64,000 nucleotides of DNA from assembly GCF_018977255.1 (NCBI RefSeq), contig NW_024704742.1, forward strand, positions 32,304,001-32,368,000, read 5' to 3'. The first letter of the stretch is position 1. The number at the start of each line of letters is the position of its first letter. The notes under the pieces are model-generated. The model was not told where the DNA came from. It did not search any database and worked only from the letters and a program-made list of their open reading frames with translations. The DNA comes from Callorhinchus milii. Its lineage: Eukaryota. Made by a program: the position numbers and the translations under genes. Positions 24,375 to 38,049 of this stretch are shown piece by piece.

Positions 24375-24808
24375 CCTAATAATCTTTACATTTGGTATAG
24401 TGCCTTTCACTTCAGGAGGTTCTCTCAAAGCACTTCACAAGATATATGTAAAGTACTGTCATTATATTTTATGGAGGACATGGCAGCCAATTTGCACAGC
24501 AGTGTTCCACAAACAGCCATCAAGTGACTAACCAATTTTATGTGGAGGGGATTGTGGGCCAGTACAATGGTATAAACTCCTTTCCATTTTCAAATATTGT
24601 TATGGGATCTTCAACACCCACCTAAACAGGCAGACATGACCTCAGTTATTAACATCTTATCAGAAGGACAGCACCTACGACAACACAGCACTCTCTCTAC
24701 CCTGGATTGGAGTGTCAGACTAGACTTGTGATGTCAAAGTGCCATCGTTTAGGTTGAACCCACAATATTCATGACTCAGAGGTGAGAGTGCTACCAAGTG
24801 GCTGGCTG
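24375..24808 (-). mobile_element. Deu-domain SINE, full length
   Basis: Head (TGACTCAGAGGTGAGAGTGCTACCAA on +), Deu body and tail all present. Confidence 0.85.
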
Positions 24809-24984
24809 AATAATAGGATTTATTCTTTGTGAAAACAAAGCCTGACTTTTGCTTTCCATTCCAGACACAAGGAAATATCTCTGTATAAGTGGCATACATA
24901 TGTGGAATTCTCAGTTTAGTTTGGATACTCTTAAGCATCATGATGGTGTCACACACCCAGTTAACCAAAAAAAGTCACACGTCA

Positions 24985-25455
24985 ACCAATGCACCATAAA
25001 CCCTCATGAAATGAATGATCAATCTTACTTGGGGATGTCAGCCAGGACATTGGGAGAAAGTAGCTTCTCTGTTAAAATTAAAATGGTTCCATGGGATTTT
25101 TATCAACTATCCGATCAGACAGGTTGGACCTTGTTTTAATGTCTGTGTTCAAGAGGAAGTTAGACCTTCACATGAGGGCGAGGGGAATGCAAGATTCTGA
25201 GAGGGAGTGACAAATGGGTGAAGATTTGTGTGGAGTGTAAACATGGAATCAGATTGGTTGGTGATTTGTTTCCATTTTGTACGGTGGTTGTAAATCTTTG
25301 TAAATCCAATGGTGTGCACCTCGAACAATGCAGCACTCCCTGTGAATTGCTTGGATTGTTAGCCTAGACTCAGAGCTCAAAGTCCCAACATGGACCTTGA
25401 ACCCACAACTCTCTGATCAGGAGGCAAGAGAGCTACACACCTGAGCCAGGCTGAC
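24985..25455 (-). mobile_element. Deu-domain SINE interrupted by a CR1 3'-end fragment (~25150-25305, +)
   Basis: CCATGGGATTTTT.TCA...; CAATGCAGCACTCCC...TTGAACCCACAAC...TGAGCCAGGCTGAC. Confidence 0.72.
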
Positions 25456-25918
25456 CTGCGGTTGCATAAACTTGCACTTGAACCAGGCTGACATCCGTTT
25501 GCAGTTACTTGCTCTTCCTTAGCAGCACTGAGCTGTATAACAATTAAACATAAGATCAAGTGGAAAAAATGGCATGGATTACCAAAGGTTTTTGACCAGT
25601 TTCCCCCTTCTCAATATTCCCCCATGCCCTTTTGGAGCACTTTTTATGGCTCTAAAAGTGAATTTAGTTAATAACATCTATAAAATCAATAAATTCTCAA
25701 TTGACAAGAGGTTTTGGTTATCGGTAGTCGGTAATGGTTCTTCATTGATGTTGATCCCTGCTTATTATTCTACGGTTTGAAGCAGCATAAATGTTTTAGA
25801 CTTCTTGTGCCACTTTGCCCTGTGTCTGATGTCGTCTTTCATAGTACAATATTAGGTACTCTAACGGGAAGCCCTGTTAATAATAATTGATTCTAATTGT
25901 GGTGGCTTTACAAATGTG

Positions 25919-26239
25919 ATAATAATAATAATAATCCTTGCATTTGATATAGCGCTTTTCATGTCGGGAGGACGTCCAAAAGCGCTTCACAGAACACACT
26001 GTAAAGTGAATTGACTGTATATTTGTGGGCGAACGCGGCAGCCAATTGCGCACAGCAATGTCCCACAAACAGTCATAGTTTGAAAATGACCAATTTATTA
26101 TTGTTTTTGCTTTTGGAGAGATTATTATTAGGCTCTGTGTGGAGTAAGGAAACTTGCCCAAGGTTTCGCCCTACCTGGAAGTGAACTCAGGTCTCTCGCT
26201 TGTAAAGCGAATGCTCTAACCACTGAGCTACAGGACTCC
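25919..26239 (-). mobile_element. Young tRNA-Ala-headed SINE (short variant), full length
   Basis: Close to the 37213-37533 and 46623-46947 copies; (TTA)n tail. Confidence 0.93.
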
Positions 26240-27493
26240 ACACATATATATATATATATATATATATGTGATATATTTTAATGGCTACCATTGTACAGCT
26301 TGCAAGTTAAAATAAAAAAAGACAATAACAAAGCTCATGAGCTTCACTATAATTAGTTCATAGATTTGCTTTATAAATACCCTGACAGATTATATTAAAT
26401 GGTCATTTCTTATCAACAATAACTTCCTAAACAAGTGCCACTGGTTTAATAGCTACAACCTGCCTTTGATTCTAAGTTATGGTAAATTGAATAGTCATTA
26501 TCTTGTCTGCAGGACCTCAGTCATTAAATGTAATGCATTATTGATTGTTAGTTAGCTGCAGTGCCGACAACAACAGTTTGTTAATTGTTATTGAAAAGAG
26601 GATGTGGAAAGAAATATATATCTATTTTGTTGCTATTGAACTCTCATATCCTGTGCATGGAAGGATTCTATTAGTTGTAGGAATTATTAATCAAAGGCTA
26701 ACTTGTACATCATATTTCTGTGGGCGCTGGGTTGTAAATCTAAGTAATGATGCTCGAACTTTATCTTCCAGCCATTTTATCTCAATGAAAGGTTGTATCC
26801 ATTTCCTCAGATAACTTGCCCATTGTCATCACACACTCTATTGCTTTTCTGTAACTTCGATCATCGTTCCTGAATGTGCTTTCTTCTGTCGAGACTGGAG
26901 CCATTTACAAACTGAGCTGGGTCTGATTAATAGACCTCAGTTACACTAATGGCTGTAAATCTGAGGTGCGAAGGAAAAACATGCTGTCTGTTTGGTGCTA
27001 AACACAATTTACAGCTGTTATAGTGTTTGTGTTGGGGTTGAATGAACACTGATAATTACAACTGCTAGCCTTGCTCCCATACTTTTTCCTAGCGAACAAA
27101 TAGATTTCACTTTGGTTTCCAAGTCAATATTTGCTCAAAACTTCTCAAATTATTAGATCATTGAGAACAGGAACACTGAAACTACCTTTCAATGATTACA
27201 TTTGAAGAATTAATGCCGAGAACAACTATTTCACTAGAGATTTATGAGTAAATGAACAGCAGAAGGTTTGTGTTGTAGTCTTCTTGGTCACCCGCAATGC
27301 TACCAACATATTATTTTGAATGAGTACATTATGCATGGAATCCTATTATAACCAGGATGATTTAAAGTTACGAACACATTAAATATTCAGATAGACTAGA
27401 TAGCCCTCCATTGCTACACCTTATAGGAGAGTACTTTGTATTGCAGTCCATAAAAGAGGATCTCATATTATATATGATACAATTTACATTTAT

Positions 27494-27790
27494 ACAACAG
27501 CAACAAATTACATTTGTAAAGGACTTTTCACATTGGGAGGACATCCCAAGGTGCTGGACAGTCAGAGATTTGGACCAGAGCAGGGGTTGGGATCAGGAGG
27601 GGTGGAGGGCAGGGAGGGTAGGGGTAGGAGGGTGGCCGAATGCGTGGTTGAAGAGGAGGGTCTTGAGACATCCTTTGAAGGAGGCAAGGGAGGGAGCAAG
27701 ACAAAGAGACTGTGGGATGGAGTTCCAAAGTGTGGGGTCTGAGAAACTGATGATCAACTGATGACTCAAATCAGGCAGGGCAGATGAAGT
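27494..27790 (-). mobile_element. L2 3' fragment (subfamily B)
   Basis: Similar to 8990-9390 (GAAGAGGAGGGTCTTGAGA...TTGAAGGAGGCAAGGGAGGGAGC). Confidence 0.88.
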
Positions 27791-27963
27791 CGTGAGAGAG
27801 ATACGAAGACGTGATAAGGTGCTATATCAAATGCAAGGATTATTATTATTATATTTTACAATGGTTAGAAAGCCCAAAGAAAAGATTTGGAATTCAGGGA
27901 ATCTTCTCAGACAGATAGGAAGTGATGTTCTGCAAGGATCCATATTAAGACCGGTACTGTTTA

Positions 27964-28293
27964 CAATAATAATAATAATAATAATCCTTACATTTGATAC
28001 AGCGCCTTATCATGTCATTGAGATGTTTCAAAGCGCTTCACAGAATATACTGCACAGTGTAGTGATTGTGTATTTTGTGGGTGAAAAGTGGCAGCCAATT
28101 GCTCACAGCAGTATCCCGTAAACAGTCATGGATTGAGTGACCAAATTATTATTTTTGTTAATTTTTTGTGAAAAGATTATTACTCCTGAAAAGCGATCCA
28201 CCAATTTTCTAAGAACCAAGTTCCTACTTACTGCTAGGTAAATAGAGGCATGTAGAGTAAGGAAACTTGCTTAAGGTTTTGGCCTGGGAATCG
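27964..28293 (-). mobile_element. CORE-like/Deu hybrid SINE, long variant, 5'-truncated
   Basis: TTCCTACTTACTGCTAGGTAAATAGAGGC and (TAA)n on +. Confidence 0.85.
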
Positions 28294-28295
28294 AT

Positions 28296-29330
28296 AAATG
28301 GTTTGGACTCGGATATAAGAAATGTGGTATCGTAATTTGCAGATGACACCAAACTGGGGGCATTTGGTAAATAGTGAATAGGAATGCAGAACATTTCAGG
28401 AAGACAAAAACAGGCTAGCAGAATGGACAGACAAACAGCAAATTAAGTTTAAAATAGGTAAATACAAAATAACAGAAAAATAAACCCATTGCTAGATGGT
28501 AGGAATCTAAGAGGAGTAGATTGCTGCCATTTAGGCAAATCTCTAAAAGTAGTTACACAGGTAGATAAGGCCATCAAAAGGCGAATTGGGACTTGGGTTT
28601 TATGTCTAGAAGGATAGAGTGTAAAAGTGAGGAGATAATATCGAATTTATATAAAATCTTGGTTAGACCACATTTGGCCACTAGAAAAGAGATTTTTGAG
28701 AGGCGTTTAAAATTATAAAACGGTTTAATAAGGCCGTGCCTTCAGTCAATGCAGCCTGATACTCTGAAATTCTCTCCCTCAATCCCTCTGCCTTGCCTCC
28801 TCCTTCCCCACCTTTAAATCCGGCCCAAACACCTTCCCTTTTGATCGTGCTTTCTGTCACCTCCCCCCTCCCTCTCTCCTTGGCTCATTGTCAGACTCCG
28901 CCACTGTGATGCGCTCCGGCACACTAACCTGCGTGAAGAGCACTATATAAATGCAACTTGTTGGAGTAGATGGTAATATTAATAAGAATCCTTGCATTTG
29001 ACATAGCGCCTTATCACACCATCAAGACGTCTCAAAGCACTTTACAGGATATACTGTAAAGTGTATTGTACAGTACAGTATACTGCAGGGTAAAACAGAA
29101 TAGTATCCCAGACAAGTGCTCTGACACTGTACCCTGCGTGAGGGGCGCTATATAAATGCAAGTTGTTGTTATTTTGTGGGCGAATGCCTTTAAGAGACGC
29201 TAGATATACTTGAGGTATATAAGGTATGGGAGGAATAAGAAGTCAGTGGAAACTCATGGTGAGTTTAAACACCAGCACGGACTGGTTGGGCCAAATGTCC
29301 TGTTTTCGTGCTGTAAATCTACTTGAGTCT
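28296..29330 (+). mobile_element. Decayed CR1 RT fragment with nested L2 (28733-28965) and SINE/L2 tails
   Basis: TTTGCAGATGACACCAAACTGGGG (FADDTKLG); TTGGTTAGACCACATTTG (LVRPHL); 3' UTR ACCAGCACGGACTGGTTGGGCC. Confidence 0.85.
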
Positions 29331-30309
29331 TCATAGTTATTTAGTTGTCTTCTGGGCTGGGTCTGCTCCATTTATATAGCTTCCTTTACAAAGTTATGAA
29401 TGTTTCACTAAAATGCATAAACTTGACAAAATGTTAGCATTCCATATCAAAATTTGGATAGCATCTCACCAGAATGTTTTGATGCAGTATTGTTGCAGCT
29501 TCATCTGGTGGCCAGTAATGGATTGAGAAGAAAGGCTTCAGTAAGTGGAAAGCTGACCGATCCAAAAGGCTCTTCAAGCACTACCTTATTGGGGTAAAGT
29601 TGTAGTATTCCACAACTAATGCTGGCTTAAATTAACATTGGTGTTAGTTATCACTGCAGCAAACATAATGTGAACCAGTGCACTGCTGCGTGCAAATGGC
29701 TGCCACAAAATATAGTCAATTCACTTTACAGTGTATTCCGTGAAGTGCTTTGAGATGTCTCGAGGATGTGATGGGGCGCTATATCAAATGCAAGGATTAT
29801 TATTATTATTACACAACCATCGGGTGCAGTGGTTCCTCCCAGAGGCTGACTCTTATCTGACAATTTCTGACCACCATTTTTGATGCATTCGGGTCCTGCT
29901 TTTAAACTGTGGCCCTTACATGTGTTCTTACATTTTATTTTATTGGCTGCATCTGCCAAAGGAAGGCAACATCTGTACTCTCCTTAGGCCAGATATGTTT
30001 ACCCTCCAATTGCAATTAAGGGTTTTTGACCCAAAAAATGTTGTCACTTAATCCATGACTGTTTGTGGGACACTGCTGTGCACAATTGGCTGCCACGTTT
30101 CACCTACAAAATACATTCAATTCACTTTACAATATATTCTGTGAAGTGCTTTGAACCATCTCAATGATGTGGTAAAATGCAAGGATTATTATTGTTATTT
30201 GAGCACATTCAGGGAAAAACAACATTCTGGGCTGGGGAGAGTTTCACCTCTCTTCAGGGGATCTAGCTAGGAAAACAACTAAACAACTACTGAAATAACA
30301 GCTGTCATC

Positions 30310-30685
30310 TATCAGTTAAAAGGTTATGGGTTCAAAACCACACTAGGACTTTGAACTTGCAGTCTCGTCTGACACTTCAATGAAGTGTTCAGAGAGTGCT
30401 GCATTGCCTGTGGTGCTGTCTTTAGATGAAATGTTAAACTGAGGTTTTGTCTCTCTGTTCAGGTGGAAATAAAAGATCCCATGGCACTAACTGAAAAGAA
30501 AAGGAAGTTTCAATTGGTATCCGCTAACATTCCCCCACATCAAATTGGTCATTCGCTTCAAGGTTGTTTGTGGGACATTGCTGGGCGCGAATTGGCTTCT
30601 ACGTTTGCTGCCTAGGAAATACAGTAAAAATATCCCGTGAAATGCTGAATTATATGATAGAATCAAATGCAAGGATTATTATTAT
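30310..30685 (+). mobile_element. Deu-domain SINE
   Basis: TGTTCAGGTGGAAATAAAAGATCCCATGGCACTA...GGGACATTGCTGGGCGCGAATTGGCT...ATCAAATGCAAGGATTATT. Confidence 0.85.
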
Positions 30686-31922
30686 CAATAAACAAAATAA
30701 TGCTTAAAACATTTTCTCCCTACCCTGGTACTGTTCAGTACAATCTTAAATTTTAAGATAATATTCCTAATCCTAAGAAATTGAGAAATTTGTGGGGTCT
30801 ACTATTTTCAGACAGAATATTAATCTAACAATTATAAGTAGAATGATCTTAACATGGTAAACAAGGGTCAAAATCAGAGTTCTTTTTAACATATTTTGAG
30901 GGTAAAATGTGGGGCAATCATTATTTACTGTTGGCATTAACTATGGCCACCAATAGCAGCACAAACCTCCAGGAAAGGTTGTTTCCTTTTTCCAGGTCAC
31001 AGAGCTCCCTATTATTCTGAATTTAAGCTGGGTGAATTTTACTTTGTATATTTTAGGCTAGGAAATAAAAGAAAGTTTCTCTTGGTCTTCTAGCCATCAG
31101 TTCCCCAAGTAAAATTGATCATTCACTTTATGGCTGTTTGTGGGAAATTGCTGTGTGCAAATTGGCTGCCATATTCACCAACAAAATACAGTCATGACTG
31201 TCTACAGGATATCCTGTGAAGTGCTTTGAGATCTCCTCTTGACGTGAACGGCACTATATCAAATGTAAGAATTAATATTATTTTATCATGCAAACTTCAA
31301 CAACGGCCTGGACGAAATCTTCAGACCTCTGTGCAGTTCATGGAAAAATGTATTGGATTTCATGAGAGGGCTGTTGCGTCCACTGTGATGGAAAGCTTTT
31401 AATGGAGCTAATTTGCTCCCGATTGCCCGAGGATAGTTCCTGTTGCCAAAATGCAGCATTGTTGATGCATAATCAGGCTTCTTAAAAGAAGGCTGGCAGA
31501 ATTGACCAACCAAGCAGATGCTTGTCAGAAAAGTGACAGAAAGATATGAAACTCTGGGTACAGCATGGCATTTATCAGTGAAATGTCAATGCTAAGGAAG
31601 GTCAGAATGAAAGCACTGGCAGGCAAAATACCTTGTGTTAACCTACAGGCAACTAACTGACTGACAACCTGTTAGAAGAGAAAAGGACGACTGGCTAATA
31701 ATAGTTCTGCACTGCATAACTGACTATGGTAAAATATGTAAATCAACCATCTATTAAATTCTGCGTCTCAAGCATATAATGATCTGGGGTAGAAACATAT
31801 CAGTACACAACATGCATCATGCCTGTCAAGAGCTGACTATGAAATAATTGTTATGTCTCATCTCATCTCTAAGTGTGTGTCACTATGCTTGATAAAGGTA
31901 AGTCAATGCATACCCTGTACAC

Positions 31923-32069
31923 CAGTGATGTCCAATCTGTGACCCATGGGCTGTAACGTGTTTTCAGTTGTTTCTTGACTGAATATTTATTGATTTATGG
32001 CAAAAATCAAGAATTATTCAATCAAGATCATTTATTTTGTTGGCCGACCATAAAGGTTGGCCACCACTG
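31923..32069. mobile_element. Putative non-autonomous hAT (Charlie-like) MITE
   Basis: Imperfect 16-bp TIRs CAGTGATGTCCAATCT / AGGTTGGCCACCACTG; degenerate 8-bp flanks CTGTACAC / CTATACTT. Confidence 0.6.
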
Positions 32070-34311
32070 CTATACTTTGCGCATTTTGTGGTCTGATGCA
32101 ATTGGAGAGAATAATTTTACAAAATAAACAAACAAAGAGAATGTAACAATAAATTGGCTGGAAAGGCAAATCATATTTATTCTTGAGTCAGATGGTTGTT
32201 GTTACAAGTGACACGTTGAACTCATATAGTCCAGGCTGACATCCCACTGCAGTGCTGGGGTGCTCTGTATTGTTGGAAGTGCTGTCCTTTCATAAACCCT
32301 TCTGTCTGTTCTGGTGGATGTTAAAGATGCTCTAGCACTATTCAAAAAGAGAAGAGTTTCTATCTTGTTAAGCATTTTGAGATGTCCTCCTGATTTGTAG
32401 GAGCTTTATCAAATGTAAGGATTATTAAATTATTGTACATATTTCTCTTACCATGAGGAGACAGTGCTGGAGTTCTGAGCTTCTCTGTTGACACTGCCAA
32501 CCTTGATCTGTGATTTTTTTGGTCAGAGGCAAGATGCATACAGAAATAATTTATTTTTGTCTAAGAAATGAAACACAACGTTTCTACTCAATGCAGTGAA
32601 TGTGGCCTGAGTGAGCTTTAAATTTTACATCAAATAGTGGTTTCAGACAGTCTGAAGACAAAAGTTCTAAATGTGTCAAGAGTGATCCACAAATTACAAA
32701 TTTTGTGATATTGGCTGTAAACTAAATGCCAACTATATTTTAAACACTAGAGATAATTTGTTATTAAGCTCTAAAAGTACCTTGGCATCATTCAAAACTG
32801 TTCTTCTGAGTAACATCTGCAACTATCAAGCTCAATTTATTTCTGATACTGAACTGAAAAACATTCCATGGTTCACAGCATCAATAGATTTAGCTATGAA
32901 AATATAAATCAGTTGCAGAAATGGTAAGGTGAGCCTAAAGGTTCTGTTGATTGTAGTAGACGGTATTCTGACAAAAGTGCCCAGCTTTGGAATTTCTTGC
33001 AGGCAACCTTTCTGGAGTTGAATAAAGCAATATGGACAGTCGCTTTTATATCAGTAGATGTGATTCATTGACTTGTAAAACGTTCAAAGACACTGACTCT
33101 GCTCTTCAGAGACCTGACTGAAATTCCACCCCATTTTAGTCTGTTCAAACCACTATTGGAAGAAAATTCTATTCAGCATTACGCCTTTAGCAATGAATGA
33201 CTGTAATGAGAAATTCCATGAGTGGCCAACCTCTCCAAAGGCAATATAAAGACTGAATTTAAGAATTTTTCACAATTGTGTCGATTTTAAGACAAAATGG
33301 GCTCAGGGACTAAGACTCAGTGAAATTTCAAGCTCTCTGAGACTTAATCCATCTTGGGGTTTGCCTGGTTGAACTGAATTGTTCTCTCATTTAGCCGGTC
33401 ATGATTAAACATGAGAACAAATCAGAGTCATTGGTGAATGACCAATTACTTCACAAGTAATTGGTCGTTCACTTCTTGGCTGCATTGAGGACATTGCTGG
33501 GTGCAAATTGGCTGCTGTGTTCAGTAACAAAATACACAGTCATTTACTTTGCGGTATATTCTGTGAAGTGCTTTGAGATGTCTGAATGATGTGATAAGGT
33601 GCTAGATCAAATGCAAGAATTATTATTATTATTATTATAAATCCTGTCAAGAGCTTTGAGATATTTGACTATGTGATAAAGTTCGATATCAAATGCAAGG
33701 ATTATTTTTATTTTTTTGAGCAACTTTGTGGCCATGATCTTTACAGGTTATATTAAGTACACCCAGAATATTTCCCTAAACTCCTGTGAACCAAAAAACT
33801 GGATTTATCTGCACTAATCTGATGCATATAACATCCTCATTATTTTTCCGTTGTATAGTTACACAATGTTTTTTAACAAATAAAACTGAGAGACTAGTTT
33901 TTGATTCACAACCTATAATTTTGTTTATGTTTAGTTCTGGTTAGCTACAGGATATTCTTTCTGTAAATTATTCCCAAAACAATGACACATCCTTGATTGA
34001 TCTCCCACACACTACAGTACTTCCTGTGGGGAGATGACACAGGCATTTGGTCCCAACAGGATTAATTATAATAGCTATTAACATTTTATTTTGATAAATT
34101 CTAAAATATATCTTGTTCCTTACCTTGGGCCATTAGATTGGGTCATTCAACACAATGAACATAAATATTCATTTTAAAGCTGACTACACAACATAATAAT
34201 AACAATTATAATAATAATCTTTACATTTAGTATAGAGCTTTTCCATATCTGGAGTCCTAAAGCACTTCAGAAGATAAACTATACAGTATCTGTGTTTTGT
34301 GGGTGTTTTTA

Positions 34312-34645
34312 CTCGCCTCGCAAGCGAGAGACTTGAGTTTGATTCACAGCAGAACAAAATGTTGGACAAGTTTCCTTACTCCACACATCGCTGTTTACCT
34401 AGCAGTAAGTAGAAGTCCAGTTGTTAGTCGAATGGCGGATCACTTTTCCGGGGGTAATAATCCCTCAAAAAAAGAAAATTTGTTCACTCAATCCATGACT
34501 GTTTGTGGGACACTGTTGTACGCAATCGGCTGCCACGTTTCGCCCACAAATATAGAGTCAATTCACTTTACAGTATATTATGTGAAGTGCTTTGAGATGT
34601 CTAGAAGATGTGAAAAGGGCAATATCAAATGCAAGGATTATTATT
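34312..34645 (+). mobile_element. CORE-like/Deu hybrid SINE, long variant
   Basis: ACTCGCCTCGCAAGCGAGAGAC...CTGTTTACCTAGCAGTAAGTAG...ATCAAATGCAAGGATTATT. Confidence 0.88.
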
Positions 34646-34684
34646 TTTCTGTGAAGTGGAGTAACTATTTATGGATGAATGCAA

Positions 34685-34910
34685 TAGACAATTTGCACAA
34701 AGCATTTTGCTTGGAGGATTGGTGACCAGGACACTCGGTGAAGCTCCCTTCTCTTTTCAAATAGTGCCATGGGATTTTTAATGTCACCTGAACAGCCAGA
34801 CAGGACCTCGGTTTTAACGTCTCATCTGAAGGATGGCACCCCCAGCAGTGCAACATCCCCCAGCACTGGATTGGCGTATCAGCCTAAAATATGAGTTCAA
34901 GTCCTGAAAT
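34685..34910 (-). mobile_element. Deu-domain SINE, central part
   Basis: ATAGTGCCATGGGATTTTTAATGTCACCTGAACAG...GGACCTCGGTTTTAACGTCTCATC on +. Confidence 0.82.
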
Positions 34911-35639
34911 CAGTACTCTTATCCCAAATGGAAGAATTTTAAACTTAGCAGAAATGTATTGCTATGGATTGTATATGAATATTAAGTGTTCTGGGATGCT
35001 ACCCTGCGTGAGAGGCGCTATATAAATGCAAGTTGTTGTTGTTACCAAACTTGTTACTCATCACAACAGAATGCAACATTTTTACTGTACATTTGGAAAT
35101 TCATCAATAAACGTACAGCATTAAAGCAGGTTGAGACAACTTTGTTTTTGGTTTGTCGTTCCTGGCGGTCTTCTTATCCCCAGCTTTCCAGATATTTTAT
35201 GAACTCTTTCAGTTTGAGTTAAAATAAGAAACAGAACTCCCACGTATTCATTCACAAAGAGGCTGAAAAACAAATTGCCCAAGTGTTGTGGGTGTGTCAA
35301 ATTGCCACGTAAATTAAAGATGGAATGTAATTTCTTCTGCCAGAGATGCATTATCCTTTTATAATGAAAAATGATAAACTATATTAATTTCGATCACCAC
35401 TTGCCCCAGGTACAAAAGTGTAATTCAATTATTCTGAGACAATACCATACTACAATGCACTATAGTTATAGATTTAAACAGAGTCTATTTATTTTTAAAC
35501 TTCACTAAAACAACAAACCAGTACAAGAGGACCTCCCGAATTGCAAAACAAATAGTGTTAAATGAAGTGCGGTCATCAATTGAGTGCTAAGTATTAGAGC
35601 CACATTAACATTTTTGCTAATCTGTCCTAATACAAATTA

Positions 35640-36070
35640 AGAGATAATAATCACTGCAATTTTCACATTAAAACATCTCAAAGCAGTCATAGGATATACT
35701 GTTAAGTTTAGTGACTGTATTTTGTAGGCACATGTAATAGAAAATTTGCCCATAGCAATGTCCTGCAAATAGCCAGTATAAGAATGGCCAATTGTATTTG
35801 GGTAATTGGAGGCTAGAACACCAGGAGAAATTTCCTTCTCTTTTTGAATAGTACCAGGGGATTTTTTAAAGTCCACCTGAACAGTACCTTGGTTTAACAT
35901 CTCATTCAAAAGACTGCAACTCTAACAGTGCACCACACTCTCAGCATTGCATCAGAGTCTCTGCTTAAACCAGTGCTGGCCAAACTATAGCCTTGCACCT
36001 GTTCACGAGGCTGTGCAAAAGCACCCTCTTCCCCCCAAAATTCGCACTGGTCTAGTTAAGTCCATGTTCA
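35640..36070 (-). mobile_element. Deu-domain SINE with a possible small hAT-like insertion at 35971-36049
   Basis: Deu body on -; insert begins CAGTGCTGGCCAAACT (like the TIR at 31923/32069) and ends CACTG. Confidence 0.65.
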
Positions 36071-36225
36071 ATTGTTAGTATTGAAGTGTATTCCCAGGTT
36101 TTACTTTCTCGATTTATAATAATAATATTAATAATCCTTACATTTGATATAGCGTCTTGTCACTTTTATGATGAATTTTTTTATTTATAAATTAAATAAA
36201 TAAATGAAGGATAATACAATTTATG

Positions 36226-36475
36226 GCATTGTTTACCTAACAGTGGGTGGGAACCTGGTTGTTAATTGATTGGCGGATCGCTTTCCTAGGGTAATAATCT
36301 GTCAACACAAAACAAATGTGGTCACTCAATTCACAACTGTTTGCGGGATACAGCTTTGCCGAGTTTCGCCCACAAAATATACAGTCAGTTCACGTTACAG
36401 TATATTCTGTGAAGAGCTTTCAGACATCTCAATGATGTGATAAGGCACTATATCAAATGCAAAGATGCTCATTAT
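36226..36475 (+). mobile_element. CORE-like/Deu hybrid SINE, long variant, 5'-truncated
   Basis: TGTTTACCTAACAGT...TGGCGGATCGCTTT...GGCACTATATCAAATGCAA. Confidence 0.8.
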
Positions 36476-36477
36476 TA

Positions 36478-37590
36478 ATGGCTGAAAGCGCAGCCACCAA
36501 TGGTGGAATGGAGGATTTGAGGGTGATACAGAAGCCCGGAACCAGTCGAGTGGAGGCAGCGGATTGTCAGCTGAGGGGTAAGGAGGTTGGAGAGGTAGGG
36601 ATGTGCCAGGACATCAAGGGATTTGAAATTGAGTGTGAGGATCTTGAAATCGATCGGTTTGGTGATAGGGAGCCAGTGGAGCCTGGCTAGAACTGGTGTG
36701 ATGCGGGTATGGAGTTTACTGTGGGTGGTGGAGTTTGGATCAGCTGGATCCTATGTCTGGTGGAGCTGGGGAGACCGGTAAAGAGGGCATTTAAAAAGTC
36801 GAGTTGGGAGGTTACAAACGCACGGATGAGTGCTTCAGCTGGATCTGGGGTAATGTACGATTGGAAGCGGTCAATGAGGCAGAGCTGGAGGAAGGCGGCA
36901 GGGACTGCATGTAGGGAAGGAAGGACGGCTGCGGGTCGAACCTGACTCCTAGGTCATGCTCTGGTTTGTGTGTCTGAGGGATAGGCCAGGAAGGTTGAGG
37001 AGGTCAAAGCTGGAGGATAGAAGATATTGATGAGAGCTAAGCAGTACCATTTCTGTCTTGTCAACATTGAGTTGCAGGAAGTTTGCACCCATCCAGACCC
37101 TGATGTCTGCCAGACAAGCAGAGAAAACATTGGCGGACCTGGAGTCGCAGCTGGAGGAGAAGTAGATTTGTGTGTCATCCCATATTTGTGGAAGTTTACC
37201 CCATGTTTGCAGATAATCCTTGCAATCTTTGCATTTGATATAGCGCTTTTCATGTCGGGAGGATGTCCCAAAGCGCTTCACAGAACACACTGTAGAGGGA
37301 ATTGACTGCATATTTGTGGGCGAATGCGGCAGCCAATTGCGCACAGCAATGTCCCACAAACAGTCGTAGATTGAAAATGACCAATTTATTATTGTTTTGG
37401 GTTTTTGGAGGAATTATTATTAGGCTCTGTGTGGAGTAAGGAAACTTGCCCAAGGTTTCGCCCTCTGCCTGGAATTGAACCCAGGTCTCTCACTTGCAAA
37501 GCGAGTGTTCTAACCACTGAGCTACAGGACTCCAATGACATCGCCAAGAGGGAGCATTTGGATAAGGAAGAGGAGGGGGCCAAGAAGAAA
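36478..37590 (-). mobile_element. L2 (subfamily A) RT fragment split by a young SINE
   Basis: HGVNFHKY, DDTQIYF, LADIRVWMGANFLQLNVDKTE; continues at 37534-37590 beyond the SINE. Confidence 0.9.
37213..37533 (-). mobile_element. Young tRNA-Ala-headed SINE (short variant) nested in L2
   Basis: Full head to tail; L2 sequence is contiguous on either side with no clear TSD. Confidence 0.93.
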
Positions 37591-38049
37591 GCTATGTAAT
37601 ATGATAATATTATTGATCCTTGCATTTGATATAATGCCTTATCATGTCTTTGAGACGTCTCAAAGTGCTCCACAGAAAATATTGTAAAGTGGATTGACTA
37701 TATATTTTGTGGGCGTTCCCTACATTCTTTAACAATAAAGTACATCAGTAGCTTTTTGTTGCAACTCTCCTTCAAAATCTATTATAAGGTTTAGAGTATT
37801 ACTCCATTAGAGTAGAGAAACTACACTAAAATCTAGATTATTAGTCACACTCAATTATTTTCTTTAATTTCCTTCAATTTATTCAATTATGGATTCCTTT
37901 TGTAACATGTAGTTGCTTATTATAGCTTTTTATCAAGTTAGCTCTGTTCCAGTGACGCACTTACTGCACTAATTATGTGGAGCTCTGATTTAGTTAGCAA
38001 AGCAAGTTCTTTTTTTTCATAGATACCTTATTAAATAAGTCACTGTGAT

